Below the pieces are notes generated by a model. That model saw nothing but the letters and a program-made list of their open reading frames with translations. It searched no databases and was not told the origin of the DNA. Below, one piece after another: positions 9,349 through 18,506 of a stretch of 64,000 bases of DNA (positions are counted from its first letter, which is position 1; every line of letters starts with the position of its first letter). Where the stretch lies: contig JBEKXL010000002.1 in the NCBI GenBank assembly GCA_049512075.1, positions 128,001 to 192,000 of the forward strand, given 5' to 3'. The stretch is from Candidatus Bathyarchaeia archaeon. Its GTDB lineage: Archaea; Thermoproteota; Bathyarchaeia; Bathyarchaeales; Bathycorpusculaceae. Position numbers and translations under genes: made by a program.

Positions 9349-10698
9349 ATGTTTTTACAGAGTAGATTGGTGGGAAGAGAAATGCTGGTAAGGTTGGTTG
9401 CTGTCGTGTTGCTGGTTCTTCTGTCAGCCAGTGCGTTTCAACTGGCTTATAACGTGCAACTGGTGTGGGCCGATAATCCCAGTTCTTGGCCAATGTTTGG
9501 CCACGATCCTTTGCACTCAGGGTATTCAAGTTCAACAGGACCGGCTACAAACCAAACTCTTTGGAGCTATAAGACTGGCGGCTGGGTTGAATGTGGTCCT
9601 ACCGTCGCTAATGGCACTGTCTATGTGGGCTCTGATGACGGCAAGGTTTATGCACTGAACGCTTTGACGGGCGCGCTGGTGTGGGAATATCAAACTGTTT
9701 TCTTCGTGTATTCTTCTCCTGCTGTTGTAAACGGCATAGTATACGTGGGCTCAGGCGGCAACGTTTACGCCCTGAACGCCACGACGGGCGCCTTGATGTG
9801 GCTCTACCAAACTGGCAGCTCTGTGCGATCTTCTCCTGATATTGCGAACGGGATAGTCTATGTTGGCTCTGGTGACGAGTCTAGTTCTCCTGCCGTTGCC
9901 AATGGGACGGTCTATTTTGGCACGGAGAACGACAATGTTTACGCCTTGAACGCTACGACGGGCGTATTAGTCTGGAAATATAATCCTGCCGACGCAAACG
10001 GCACAGTCGTTGAACCGCCGTTAAGCATGCTCTTCACCGTTTATGCATTGAACGCTTTTACTGGCGCGCCCGTGTGGAATTACACGACCGGCAACTATGT
10101 GGATTCTCCTGCAGTTGCCAACGGCATCGTCTACGCAGGCTCATGGGACCACAACGTTTACGCGTTGAATGCTGTGACAGGCGTGCTCGTGTGGAAATAC
10201 CCGACCAGCTCCTCTGTGACTTCTTCTCCAGCGGTTGCTAATCTTGTCGTCTACATTGGTTCAGGTAGCAACGTTTATGCCTTGAACGCGACAACAGGCG
10301 CACTGATGTGGGGCATCGCGACCAGTTCCATTCAGGTTTATTCTCCAGCTGTTGCTGGTGGTGTTGTCTACGTGGGCTCATGGGAGGGCCATGTTTACGC
10401 TTTGAATGCTACAACGGGCGCATCAGTGTGGAAATACGAGACTGGCGGTGGCGGCGGCGAGGTGGGTTCTTCTCCAGCTGTTGCTAACGGCGTCGCCTAC
10501 GCGGGCTCAACGGACGACAAGGTCTATGCCTTTGGCCCGCGGTCTCAAGGGACCGACTATACTGTGCCATTCGTCGTTGCAGCAGTCATCATCGTTGCCG
10601 CGATTGCTTCGTTCGTTGTCGCTGTAGTGAGACGTGAAAGAAAAAGACCGCCACTAGACAGCGCGCTGTCTCGCCCCGAAAATGGTCCGAAAGAGTAG
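9349..10698 (+). CDS. PQQ-like beta-propeller repeat surface protein
   Basis: repeated SSPAVANGxVYVGSxDxxVYALNAxTGxxxW units; signal peptide; C-terminal TM helix. Confidence 0.92.
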   Translation: MFLQSRLVGREMLVRLVAVVLLVLLSASAFQLAYNVQLVWADNPSSWPMFGHDPLHSGYSSSTGPATNQTLWSYKTGGWVECGPTVANGTVYVGSDDGKVYALNALTGALVWEYQTVFFVYSSPAVVNGIVYVGSGGNVYALNATTGALMWLYQTGSSVRSSPDIANGIVYVGSGDESSSPAVANGTVYFGTENDNVYALNATTGVLVWKYNPADANGTVVEPPLSMLFTVYALNAFTGAPVWNYTTGNYVDSPAVANGIVYAGSWDHNVYALNAVTGVLVWKYPTSSSVTSSPAVANLVVYIGSGSNVYALNATTGALMWGIATSSIQVYSPAVAGGVVYVGSWEGHVYALNATTGASVWKYETGGGGGEVGSSPAVANGVAYAGSTDDKVYAFGPRSQGTDYTVPFVVAAVIIVAAIASFVVAVVRRERKRPPLDSALSRPENGPKE

Positions 10699-11000
10699 CG
10701 CGCTGCCTTGTCCCGAAATTGGTGTAAAATGGTGATAATTCCTGTTTTCGGGTTTAGGGACAGTTTTGAGGCGCATATGTGTTTTTAGCCCTCCTCTGTG
10801 CCTCGACGTCCCAGACGGACTAGACGTAGCTTCAACAGCTTATGGGAAAACTCCACTTCCATCCCGCTTTGATGGAACCCCGTGATTTGCCATCTTTCAA
10901 CGTGGCCAAAAATAGCCGCCAAACAAGCTCAAATGACGCTCCAATTGACAAAAGAAGAATTATGACCATTTTTAACCATTTTAGGGACAAGCCAGCGCGC
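10698..11000. mobile_element. non-autonomous TIR element copy A, flanked by GCGCGC
   Basis: ~40-bp imperfect inverted ends GCGCGCTG(C/G)CTTGTCCC..AAA.TGGT..AAAATGGT.ATAATT; homologous to 33410-33891. Confidence 0.8.
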
Positions 11001-11034
11001 TAGTCTCATCTGTTCTAAAGCTTAGACTTAATTA

Positions 11035-12351
11035 ATGGAACTGTACGTGTTTATTAGGGGAAAGATTGTGTCGAAGTCTGTCAGGTCCCTTAGGATACGT
11101 AGACTTTTTATTATTTCTTTGACGTTGGTTTCGATTATTTTAGTTAGTTATGTTGCCCATGTGTATTTTTCGGGGAGTGTGGAAAATCCTGTTTACGCTG
11201 CTTCTGATGAAGAAGCAGGATCTGTCGACAAGGCACTGGTCTCTGCGAATACAATGTTTGCGTTTAACTTGTTCAGAGAACTCGTATCAGAGGATTCTGG
11301 CAATGTTTTCATTTCTCCTCTGAGCGTTTCGATGGCCTTGGCGATGGCTTACAATGGGGCAGAGGGCACAACGAAGGATGCTATGTCTAACACTCTCAAT
11401 TTTGGGGGTATGAGTATTGATAAGGTGAACCAGGAGTTCTCTATGTTAATACAAAGCTTGGGGAATGTTGATCAATCAGTTAAACTGCTGATTGGAAACT
11501 CTGTCTGGATAAGACAAGAATTCGGACCTAATGTTAACGCAAGTTTCGTTCAGAGAGTGCAAAGTTCGTATGATGGTGAAGTGTTCACACGGGATTTCAG
11601 CAGTTCTCAAACTGTCAACGAAATCAATAATTGGATAGATACCAAAACAAACGGTAAGATAAAGGATGTAATTTCGCAATTAGACCCACAGCTTGCAATG
11701 CTCCTGATCAACGCCATCTATTTCAAAGGAGAATGGGTAACATCCTTCAACAAGAACGAAACAATGCAACAAGATTTCTATGTTTCTCAAGGAAACACGA
11801 TGCAAGTAGACATGATGCAAACGTCGGGTCACTTCGAATACTATTCAGATAAGAATTGTGAAGTCGCAAGACTTCCATACGGAAGAGACAAAGTCGCGAT
11901 GTACATCTTCTTGCCGAATCAAAGTATGTCTCTCGGCTCGTTCATTGACAACATTAACCAAACTGTCAACGACAAATATATCAGCGAACTTCAATCCGTA
12001 AGCAACCTCGTTGTCGAGCTTCCTAAATTCAAGGTTGAATACGATGCAATACTCAACGACGCTCTAACGAGGCTGGGGATGGGAATAGCCTTCGACACGC
12101 GTGCTACTGCAAACTTTAATGGAATGGCTCCAGGTCTGTTCATATCATCTGTGCAACACAACTCAGTTGTTGAAGTGAATGAAGAAGGAACCGAAGCAGC
12201 GGGAGTGACCAGCATCTTCATGAGTTTTGGTTTATCTCACGGTCCGACACCTATATTTTTCATCGTGAACAGACCATTCTTCTTCGAAATCAGAGACGAC
12301 CGTTCAGGCTCAATCCTATTTATGGGGGCAATCTCCAATCCCACTGATTAA
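11035..12351 (+). CDS. membrane-anchored serpin (serine protease inhibitor)
   Basis: NVFISPLSVSMALAM, INAIYFKGEW, LPKFK, EVNEEGTEAAG hinge and FIVNRPFFFEI...LFMG. Confidence 0.95.
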   Translation: MELYVFIRGKIVSKSVRSLRIRRLFIISLTLVSIILVSYVAHVYFSGSVENPVYAASDEEAGSVDKALVSANTMFAFNLFRELVSEDSGNVFISPLSVSMALAMAYNGAEGTTKDAMSNTLNFGGMSIDKVNQEFSMLIQSLGNVDQSVKLLIGNSVWIRQEFGPNVNASFVQRVQSSYDGEVFTRDFSSSQTVNEINNWIDTKTNGKIKDVISQLDPQLAMLLINAIYFKGEWVTSFNKNETMQQDFYVSQGNTMQVDMMQTSGHFEYYSDKNCEVARLPYGRDKVAMYIFLPNQSMSLGSFIDNINQTVNDKYISELQSVSNLVVELPKFKVEYDAILNDALTRLGMGIAFDTRATANFNGMAPGLFISSVQHNSVVEVNEEGTEAAGVTSIFMSFGLSHGPTPIFFIVNRPFFFEIRDDRSGSILFMGAISNPTD

Positions 12352-12387
12352 TAATGTACAGCCCCGCGCGAGCTAAACAAACACTAA

Positions 12388-12639
12388 CTAGTTTGGCAGC
12401 AGTTCGTTGCAGGCGCGGTAGTGTTGCAAAAATAGGCGTCCTTTCTCTGTGAGGCTGGGTCGAGTTCGGTTTGCTTTGATGTTTTCCTTTTTGAATAGAC
12501 CCGTGGATTCTAGCTTTCTGACTTGATTGTAGTTGACGCCTGCCCTGGCTAGGACCCTTGTTGGTGCCAGGTTGGGCGATCTAACGATTTCCTCCAGAAT
12601 AGCAGCGGCTTGGTCCTTCTTCCCTCTCAGCACACCCAT
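12388..12639 (-). CDS. small winged-HTH protein
   Basis: PTRVLARAGVNY...LTEKGRLFL pattern. Confidence 0.6.
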   Translation of the reverse strand: MGVLRGKKDQAAAILEEIVRSPNLAPTRVLARAGVNYNQVRKLESTGLFKKENIKANRTRPSLTEKGRLFLQHYRACNELLPN

Positions 12640-12868
12640 TATCTTGATTTTCCGGATTTATAGAACTTGTTGATTTTGAAGAAGTACAGACGTGCAACAA
12701 GGTTCTTTTGTCGGTTCGGCTTCGACTTTATCTCGATTCGTCTGTTTCGTTTCGCTCTCATCGCCTTTGAGTGATGGTAGCTAAATTCTTGTTGGTGTAA
12801 AGCTTGCACAGGAGAAGCAGGGCTAATATCCAGAAGAATAGCGCGCGCGGTCATTTTACTTATAAAGG

Positions 12869-12983
12869 TGCGGGGGGTGGGATTCGAACCCACGGAGGCC
12901 TTCGCCAGAGGATCTTAAGTCCTCCCCCTTGTCTTAGGCTTTTTCTGGCCCTGCCTATTTAGACCTGGCTCGGGTACCCCCGC
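12869..12983 (-). tRNA. tRNA-Leu(TAA) with a 30-nt non-canonical D-arm intron (12929-12958)
   Basis: cloverleaf GCGGGGG...GAGGA-CTTAAGA-TCCTC, long variable arm, GGTTCGAATCC; intron forms a BHB-like motif. Confidence 0.92.
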
Positions 12984-13086
12984 GCTAGCCACTTAGGTTG
13001 ATGTTCCTTCGTAGTTAAAGTTTTTCAGAGGGACGGCATTAAGTTAAAATTCATAATCGTCTAATGTTCTGGATGTGTAAAGGCTT

Positions 13087-13161
13087 GGGCGAGTAGCTCA
13101 GTACGGATAGAGCACCAGCCTCCTAAGTTGGGGGTCGTGGGTTCAAATCCCACCCCGCCCG
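13087..13161 (+). tRNA. tRNA-Arg(CCT)
   Basis: GGGCGAGTAGCTCAG...CCAGC-CTCCTAA-GTTGG...GGTTCAAATCCC; one acceptor-stem mismatch (A6-C67). Confidence 0.92.
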
Positions 13162-13203
13162 CCTACAACAAACCCCAAACCCAAACAGATTTCCTATAAG
13201 TGT

Positions 13204-13330
13204 TCATTTTCGCTTCCTGAATACTTCGTCTCTTGGCAGTCGCGCACGTATTCGAAGCCTGCGTCTGTTAATTGGCAGACTTCTTGCTCCGAATGCGCTA
13301 TTTTAGCGATGTGTTCGTCGTCTTTGAAGC
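13204..13330 (-). pseudogene. C-terminal remnant of a tyrosine integrase
   Basis: translates FKDDEHIAKIAHSEQEVCQLTDAGFEYVRDCQETK then, after a frameshift, FRKRK*; resembles the xLIEAGFEYV...FRKRK tail I recall from bathyarchaeal tRNA-targeting integrases; abuts the tRNA-Arg 3' end. Confidence 0.65.
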
Positions 13331-13343
13331 GTGCGCGCGGAAA

Positions 13344-13526
13344 CTATGTGCCGAAGTATTCCCTGACACTCTTCCGCAAAACATACACCAGGCAGATGAC
13401 CGGATACAGAAGTGGAAATACGAAGAACAGAACAAGCCAAAACCAATTGCTTTGGTTTATAGCGATTCGTCCAAGAGCGATGAGAGCGATGATGATGCCC
13501 GTTATCATCATGAGCGCATAGGCCAA
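13344..13526 (-). CDS. small two-TM membrane protein (or fragment)
   Basis: hydrophobic 60-aa ORF lying exactly between two (GC)n runs. Confidence 0.45.
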   Translation of the reverse strand: MAYALMMITGIIIALIALGRIAINQSNWFWLVLFFVFPLLYPVICLVYVLRKSVREYFGT

Positions 13527-13835
13527 TAATACAGCGCGCGCGCTCGTTGAAATCGGCCTCAGGGATGAAGTTGGCGCGCGCGCTTCCGAAATGCTCTGCT
13601 ATCCTGCGTTCATACGGTTGTTGTCTGACACAGGAACCATAACTGTAGTTTTCATAGTGTCGACAGATCGCCGTCTACGAAAAAGATACAGGTTTTTGAG
13701 GATGAAGAAGATGAGCACTCAGAAATACTCAGAGTGCGAATTGACCCTCAGAAAAGAAAGCTTGGAAACGCAGAACAGAGAAAGAAACGGCTAAGCCAAG
13801 TCTTCGAGTTCTCGAGCTTCTCTGGCGCGCGCGAC

Positions 13836-14594
13836 CTACTTCTCGCCGAACAACGGCATGTTGGCGAAAACTTCAATGCCGTTCCGGTCTATTGAGTATG
13901 GCACGAGGCTCGGGTTAACCTTGGCTCCTCTCATCTTTTCAACTTGTATCGCTCTCGTTGTGGTGCCTCCTGAAAACAGCGTTTGCATCATGATGACTCC
14001 ATGAACCAGAAATTCTTCTTCCAACGCACTTCGTTCAAGACTCAGGTATCCCAGCTCCGTGGTTACGAGACTCGTAACTTTTAGATCTGCCAATGATTCA
14101 ATCAGATCCACGACTGTAGTCCTTCGTTCTATGGGATCTGGAAATCGGTAGACAAGTGCTGCTAACGTGTCTACTACGACTCTTTTCGCGTTGGTCTGCT
14201 GGATTTTCGCTTGCAACTCTTCGATCAATTTGTCAATAGATAATTGTTTGCCTCTTAGGCTTTTTGCCTCTTCCTTGTACAGTTTCTCTTTAAGCATGGC
14301 TACTCGAGACATTCGCGTGGCATCTACGAAGGCGAATTTTCTCTCTTCCTCAGCTTTCCGAAAGTCCCACCCAAACTGTTGCATCTCAGAGTAAAAACTG
14401 TCTTTGCTTTCATCCAGACTGACGAAGACTGCATTTTCTTGGTTTTCATAGATACCCTTGTACAGGAATTGGCTACACAAGATGGTCTTCCCAGAACCAG
14501 GTCCTCCGACAACTAGGATAGTTCTTCCTTCAGGAAAGCCGCCGCCAACAAGCTCGTCGAGGCCATTAATCCCTGTCGAGATTTTTCTTGACAA
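13836..14594 (-). CDS. KaiC/RAD55-like RecA-superfamily ATPase
   Basis: STGINGLDELVGGG, GGPGSGKT Walker A, RVVVDT Walker B, VEKMRG. Confidence 0.92.
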   Translation of the reverse strand: MSRKISTGINGLDELVGGGFPEGRTILVVGGPGSGKTILCSQFLYKGIYENQENAVFVSLDESKDSFYSEMQQFGWDFRKAEEERKFAFVDATRMSRVAMLKEKLYKEEAKSLRGKQLSIDKLIEELQAKIQQTNAKRVVVDTLAALVYRFPDPIERRTTVVDLIESLADLKVTSLVTTELGYLSLERSALEEEFLVHGVIMMQTLFSGGTTTRAIQVEKMRGAKVNPSLVPYSIDRNGIEVFANMPLFGEK

Positions 14595-14700
14595 TATGTC
14601 TCCTCCGAAGTAATCTCAGATAAGATTCTATCAGTATTTATAACTTACGTGAAATAGCAGAGCGCGCGCTAAAGCCTGTTTTGATAATGGTATATGTGTC

Positions 14701-15213
14701 TTATGCTATTCTTTTTCCGAACCGCGTTGGAGATGGACTGTTGTCGTAGACTTCATGCACGTTAACAACGTAAACGGGTCTTTTTCTCCTTGTCTCTTTC
14801 GTTAGCGCATAATGAAATGAATCATGAACCAAGTTTACAAACTCGCTATACGAGTCATTTTTGTGGATTTCAATCTTTCCGCGGATCTCAAAACTGATTG
14901 AAGGCGGCTGATAAAACAGCAGGCAAGTGCTCAGATTGTGCTGAACTATCTGCCACGTGTGCTTTGAAGAGTGCGGTTTCGACAGGGCAAGCTCGATTGT
15001 TGACATCTTGCTAAAATCCACACGTTCCTGAGCAATTTTGGGATCTTCAAAATACAAGTACTCAAGCAAAAGTGAAGCGCCTGTCCTCTGATATTCTCTC
15101 GAATTCTTCTCTATTTCGTCCCTAGTCTGATTCTTCCCGAACAACTTGTCTCCGTACTCGAGGTGTTCATCAAAAGCCCTTATCGCAGCATCCATGTATT
15201 TCTTTCTCGTCAC
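14701..15213 (-). pseudogene. C-terminal part of a host gene (possible FMN-binding split-barrel/PNPOx-like) interrupted by the IS6 transposon
   Basis: reading frame continues across the TSD from 23307-23524 (…VGVGYVTR|KKYMDAAIR…). Confidence 0.75.
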
Positions 15214-15274
15214 GGCTCTGTGAAGTCTCCGTTGGTTTTGGGGTTCATGTGAAAAACCGTTTGGTGAACAAAAC
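15214..15274 (+). repeat. left terminal inverted repeat
   Basis: GGCTCTGTGAAGTCTCCGTTGGT...TGTGAAAAACCGTTTGGTGAACAAAAC. Confidence 0.9.
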
Positions 15275-15391
15275 GGATAAAGGTTCTAGTACTTGGTTCT
15301 GTCAAGTCTTCGGTTGATATGCCTTCTTGTGAAAAAGCGGTTGATAACTGTTTTGCCTTAGTTATCAAGGCTCTTTCCAAGAGAAAATTCT

Positions 15392-18067
15392 CTAAAAGAT
15401 GCTTGGGAATATATCTGAAATTACTTCTTTCATCAGAGCTTCTTCTTTTGAGACTGATTCGGTAATCAGCGTGTTAATCTGTTGTTTCTTTGATTCGTAT
15501 TTCTCGACGATTTCCCGTTGCTTGTCAGTCTCGTAGGCAGGGATTGCCAATCGCCCGAGGTCATCTTCAGACATTCGCCCATACTGCCCTGTGAAAGTGG
15601 AATTAACAAGATAGTTGATGGGTTCTGATGTTAAAACGATTCTAAGGTACTTCCGCAGAACCTTTTCCTTCCCAGTGGTTGCGTCCTTCTTGGGTATGAG
15701 CTTATAGTATTCATCCGTAGCCCTAATTTCATCCAATTCGTCAGGTATGATTCCAACAATTCCATTCTTCAGTTGTATCCTTGAAACTACCAAATCTCCC
15801 TTACGGAAAATCTGAGTCTTTTTCAGTTTCGGGTCATGAGTTCCATCTATGACCCCGTACTCGACATCTCCCGACTTTGTAATGCGCTCTATATATTTGC
15901 TTCCAAATTGATTCACGTCTTCAGCGACCTCTTCTCTTTCGAAATTCACGACATTCCCGATTTTGTCTGCCTTGCCAGTCGCCATTATTATTTTCTCTAT
16001 TTCCTTCAGTCGAGGCGAATAGAACTTGGGGTCAAGTCGGTTATTGAATTGCTTTGTCTCTTCATCATGATAGTTTTCGAGATCTTCAGCTTTGCAAATA
16101 AAAGAATACTCGGAAAATTTCGTTTTCCTCCCCATACAAAAAGCACGATAATCCGCAAGAATGTCCGTCAGATTGTTCGGCATAACTCTCGTGCTCTTGC
16201 CATAGTTTTCGCCACAGTACTTTGCAATGCCCATAAAAATATCATTATCTTGAATTATACCGTCACCTTTCTTTTGAAGCAATAAAATGCTTGTGAAATT
16301 GTTTGCGTCTTGTTCCTTGAAAACTCCCCAAGGTAGTGAAACTATTGCTTTTATATTGAAGTTTCTTTTGATGAAATCCCTGACGTAACTTTCTCTTGGA
16401 TTATTGACTACGCCATCGTCTACTACTATTCCAAGGATTCCTCCGTTCGCCAATAGTTGGTAACAACGTTCGATAAACAGTATCTTAGAATCCCGCGAGC
16501 GGATGTCCTGTTCTCTTTTTGAGTATACGAACCGCCTTTGTTCTGGGTTGTATTTGTGAACGTGCGACAGCTCATACCCTTCGAGGGCATCGCGTCCATC
16601 TATGTCAATATGGCTTTTAGGCTTAACAGTAGAACTGAAGGGTGGATTTGTCAATGCAAGCATGAAGTAATTTTCTATGAGAATTGTCTTGAAGGCTTCT
16701 CTCTTCAATGAGTCGCCAAAATTTATTCCAGTGCTACCGTCCCCATGAACACTCATATTCATTGCTGCAGTCTTCGCAACATCCTCTTCATTATCAAAAC
16801 CTATGAGTAGTTCCTCACATAGTCTCCGCTTAGCTACCTTATGCTCCCTTTTGGCATCTTCATTCAGAAAGGTTTCTTCCCCTTTCCCTTGCTTGACCAT
16901 AAAGCGTGTTTTCAGTTCGTTATCAAGAATCGAGAAGACTGAAAGAAGGAAACCACCACTCCCGCAAGCTGGGTCAACACAGCGTACGCCAGATGCACCC
17001 CAAGAAACACCGACCATGCCCACTAGAAAATCTACAATCCTCCTTGGAGTAAAATATTGCCCGTTCTCCCCACGAAATATCGTACTAACAAAATTCTCGT
17101 AAACGTGAGCAACTGGTGGATAGACTTTCCCGTCTTCATCAACCATGAAGATTCTTTCTAGTTTTTTCACAATTCTGTTTATAGTTACGTCATCGAGTAG
17201 TAACTTATCTTCGGTCTTGAAAATTCTTACATTTTTTTGGCGGTAATGGGTTTTTATATCCTCGAAGAGAGTACCCCCGATATAGTTTTCCCCTTCTTCG
17301 AGAACCTTTGTGTAGGTAAAGCGGTTCTCCTTACCTTCTCTCTCACGTCTGTCTTCGTACAGCTTAATGAAGAGAAGCTTATTCATCTCAGCGAAAGCAC
17401 GGATACCAGTCTTCGATTCACTTGCTTCTCGCATCTCATCTTGACAGTTAAAAAGAATACGTTCAAACTCTTTCTGGTTGAGCATTGGCGCTCTGAATAA
17501 GGGAGGCTGGCTGACCCGTTTTCCCAATGGAATGATATTTTTCTTTCCCAGCACTTTTTCTACAATTTCAAATTTGTCAAAAATCTCCCGCTCATTCACT
17601 GGAGAGAATGGAAGCTCCTGTCGCGTAAGCGTTTCATAAACATGAGTTTCTTCAACATTGGTAGCGACGTAATACTTCGGGCGAGGTTTGAGTTCATTGG
17701 CTTGTGAATAATCGTAGGCCTGTCCTTCCGCATTCTCGGTAGCGGTTTTCAAAGGATGACCGTAACTCTTGACTTCGATTACAATAACAGGGTCGCCGTT
17801 CTTGCGGACTATGACATCGCTCTGACCCCCAATTCTATTGACCTGCCTCCCTTCGTTCTTCGTAAGATGTTGTTTAACATCAATATCAGTGATGGCATAA
17901 CCTAAAGCGTTTCGAAGGAACGGGACAAGAAAATGGGTTATGGAAGCATCTTCTGATGGAGATAGATTCAATGCTTTTTCCATTGTAGTTTTGTTGTCAC
18001 ACCATAATTGCCCTTCAGCCTCTGGGATTCCGAACCATTCACACATGCGTTTAGCTATTCCGGTCAA
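15392..18067 (-). CDS. fused restriction-modification enzyme (type IIG-like: nuclease + N6-adenine MTase + specificity domain)
   Basis: N-terminal SDVIV...IEVK PD-(D/E)xK motif; GQYFTPR, DPACGSGGFL and TNPPF; C-terminal HsdS-like TRD. Confidence 0.88.
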   Translation of the reverse strand: MTGIAKRMCEWFGIPEAEGQLWCDNKTTMEKALNLSPSEDASITHFLVPFLRNALGYAITDIDVKQHLTKNEGRQVNRIGGQSDVIVRKNGDPVIVIEVKSYGHPLKTATENAEGQAYDYSQANELKPRPKYYVATNVEETHVYETLTRQELPFSPVNEREIFDKFEIVEKVLGKKNIIPLGKRVSQPPLFRAPMLNQKEFERILFNCQDEMREASESKTGIRAFAEMNKLLFIKLYEDRREREGKENRFTYTKVLEEGENYIGGTLFEDIKTHYRQKNVRIFKTEDKLLLDDVTINRIVKKLERIFMVDEDGKVYPPVAHVYENFVSTIFRGENGQYFTPRRIVDFLVGMVGVSWGASGVRCVDPACGSGGFLLSVFSILDNELKTRFMVKQGKGEETFLNEDAKREHKVAKRRLCEELLIGFDNEEDVAKTAAMNMSVHGDGSTGINFGDSLKREAFKTILIENYFMLALTNPPFSSTVKPKSHIDIDGRDALEGYELSHVHKYNPEQRRFVYSKREQDIRSRDSKILFIERCYQLLANGGILGIVVDDGVVNNPRESYVRDFIKRNFNIKAIVSLPWGVFKEQDANNFTSILLLQKKGDGIIQDNDIFMGIAKYCGENYGKSTRVMPNNLTDILADYRAFCMGRKTKFSEYSFICKAEDLENYHDEETKQFNNRLDPKFYSPRLKEIEKIIMATGKADKIGNVVNFEREEVAEDVNQFGSKYIERITKSGDVEYGVIDGTHDPKLKKTQIFRKGDLVVSRIQLKNGIVGIIPDELDEIRATDEYYKLIPKKDATTGKEKVLRKYLRIVLTSEPINYLVNSTFTGQYGRMSEDDLGRLAIPAYETDKQREIVEKYESKKQQINTLITESVSKEEALMKEVISDIFPSIF

Positions 18068-18264
18068 TTTGCTCCCTCAGTACCTTTCTCTGTATTTTTC
18101 TTCTCTTGAACAACCAGTTGCCCATCTTTGACGTTAATTTCAAGTTCTTGCCCACCTTTCCACCCCAACTGGTTGATGGCATCGTCGGGGATTATAATCA
18201 CGTGCTTATAGTGTCGCTTGTCCTTATATTTGTAAGCGAGTTGTTTTTGGAGTTTAGCTTTCAT
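18064..18264 (-). CDS. AbrB/MazE-family DNA-binding protein
   Basis: VIIIPDDAINQLGWKGGQELEINVKDGQLVV; stop overlaps the R-M gene start. Confidence 0.85.
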   Translation of the reverse strand: MKAKLQKQLAYKYKDKRHYKHVIIIPDDAINQLGWKGGQELEINVKDGQLVVQEKKNTEKGTEGAN

Positions 18265-18430
18265 TTTTGGGATTCCTCAAATTTGTCAATCAGGAAGGAA
18301 ACAACTTCGTGGTAAGGCACTTCCTTTTTCTTTTTCTGTTCTGCCAAGTAGCGAGCGATTTTATCCAATCTTTCCTCGTCTTTTTGCTCGATTCTGATGG
18401 GTTTCGTCAGCGTTGTTTTCCTTCTTCTTT

Positions 18431-18498
18431 GTTTACAGCGTTTACTTCGTTAACTATGTTAACTTGTTTACAATGTGAACGCTGTTTACGCTGTACAC
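18431..18498. repeat. array of eight GTNNAC hexamers at 9-bp period
   Basis: gtttac-agc-gtttac-ttc-gttaac-tat-gttaac-tt-gtttac-aat-gtgaac-gct-gtttac-gct-gtacac. Confidence 0.75.
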
Positions 18499-18506
18499 AG
18501 GGTTAA

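Larger units (their letters stand above)
7626..12891. mobile_element. integrated element (~5.3 kb) at the tRNA-Leu(TAA) 3' end, no integrase gene visible
   Basis: bounded by the 24-bp direct repeat of the tRNA T-arm/acceptor end. Confidence 0.85.

Noticed and set aside
9560-10530. Many short nucleotide repeats
   Set aside because: Explained by the PQQ-like beta-propeller protein repeats.
12639-12893. 84-aa ORF starting MGSNPTPRT
   Set aside because: It starts inside the tRNA-Leu T-arm, so it is a shadow ORF; only a short distal part could be real.
15341-15368. Hairpin TTGATAACT...AGTTATCAA considered as a transposon end
   Set aside because: The true ends with a TSD are at 15214 and 23306; this hairpin overlaps the inner TIR-like copy and may simply be a terminator for the R-M gene.
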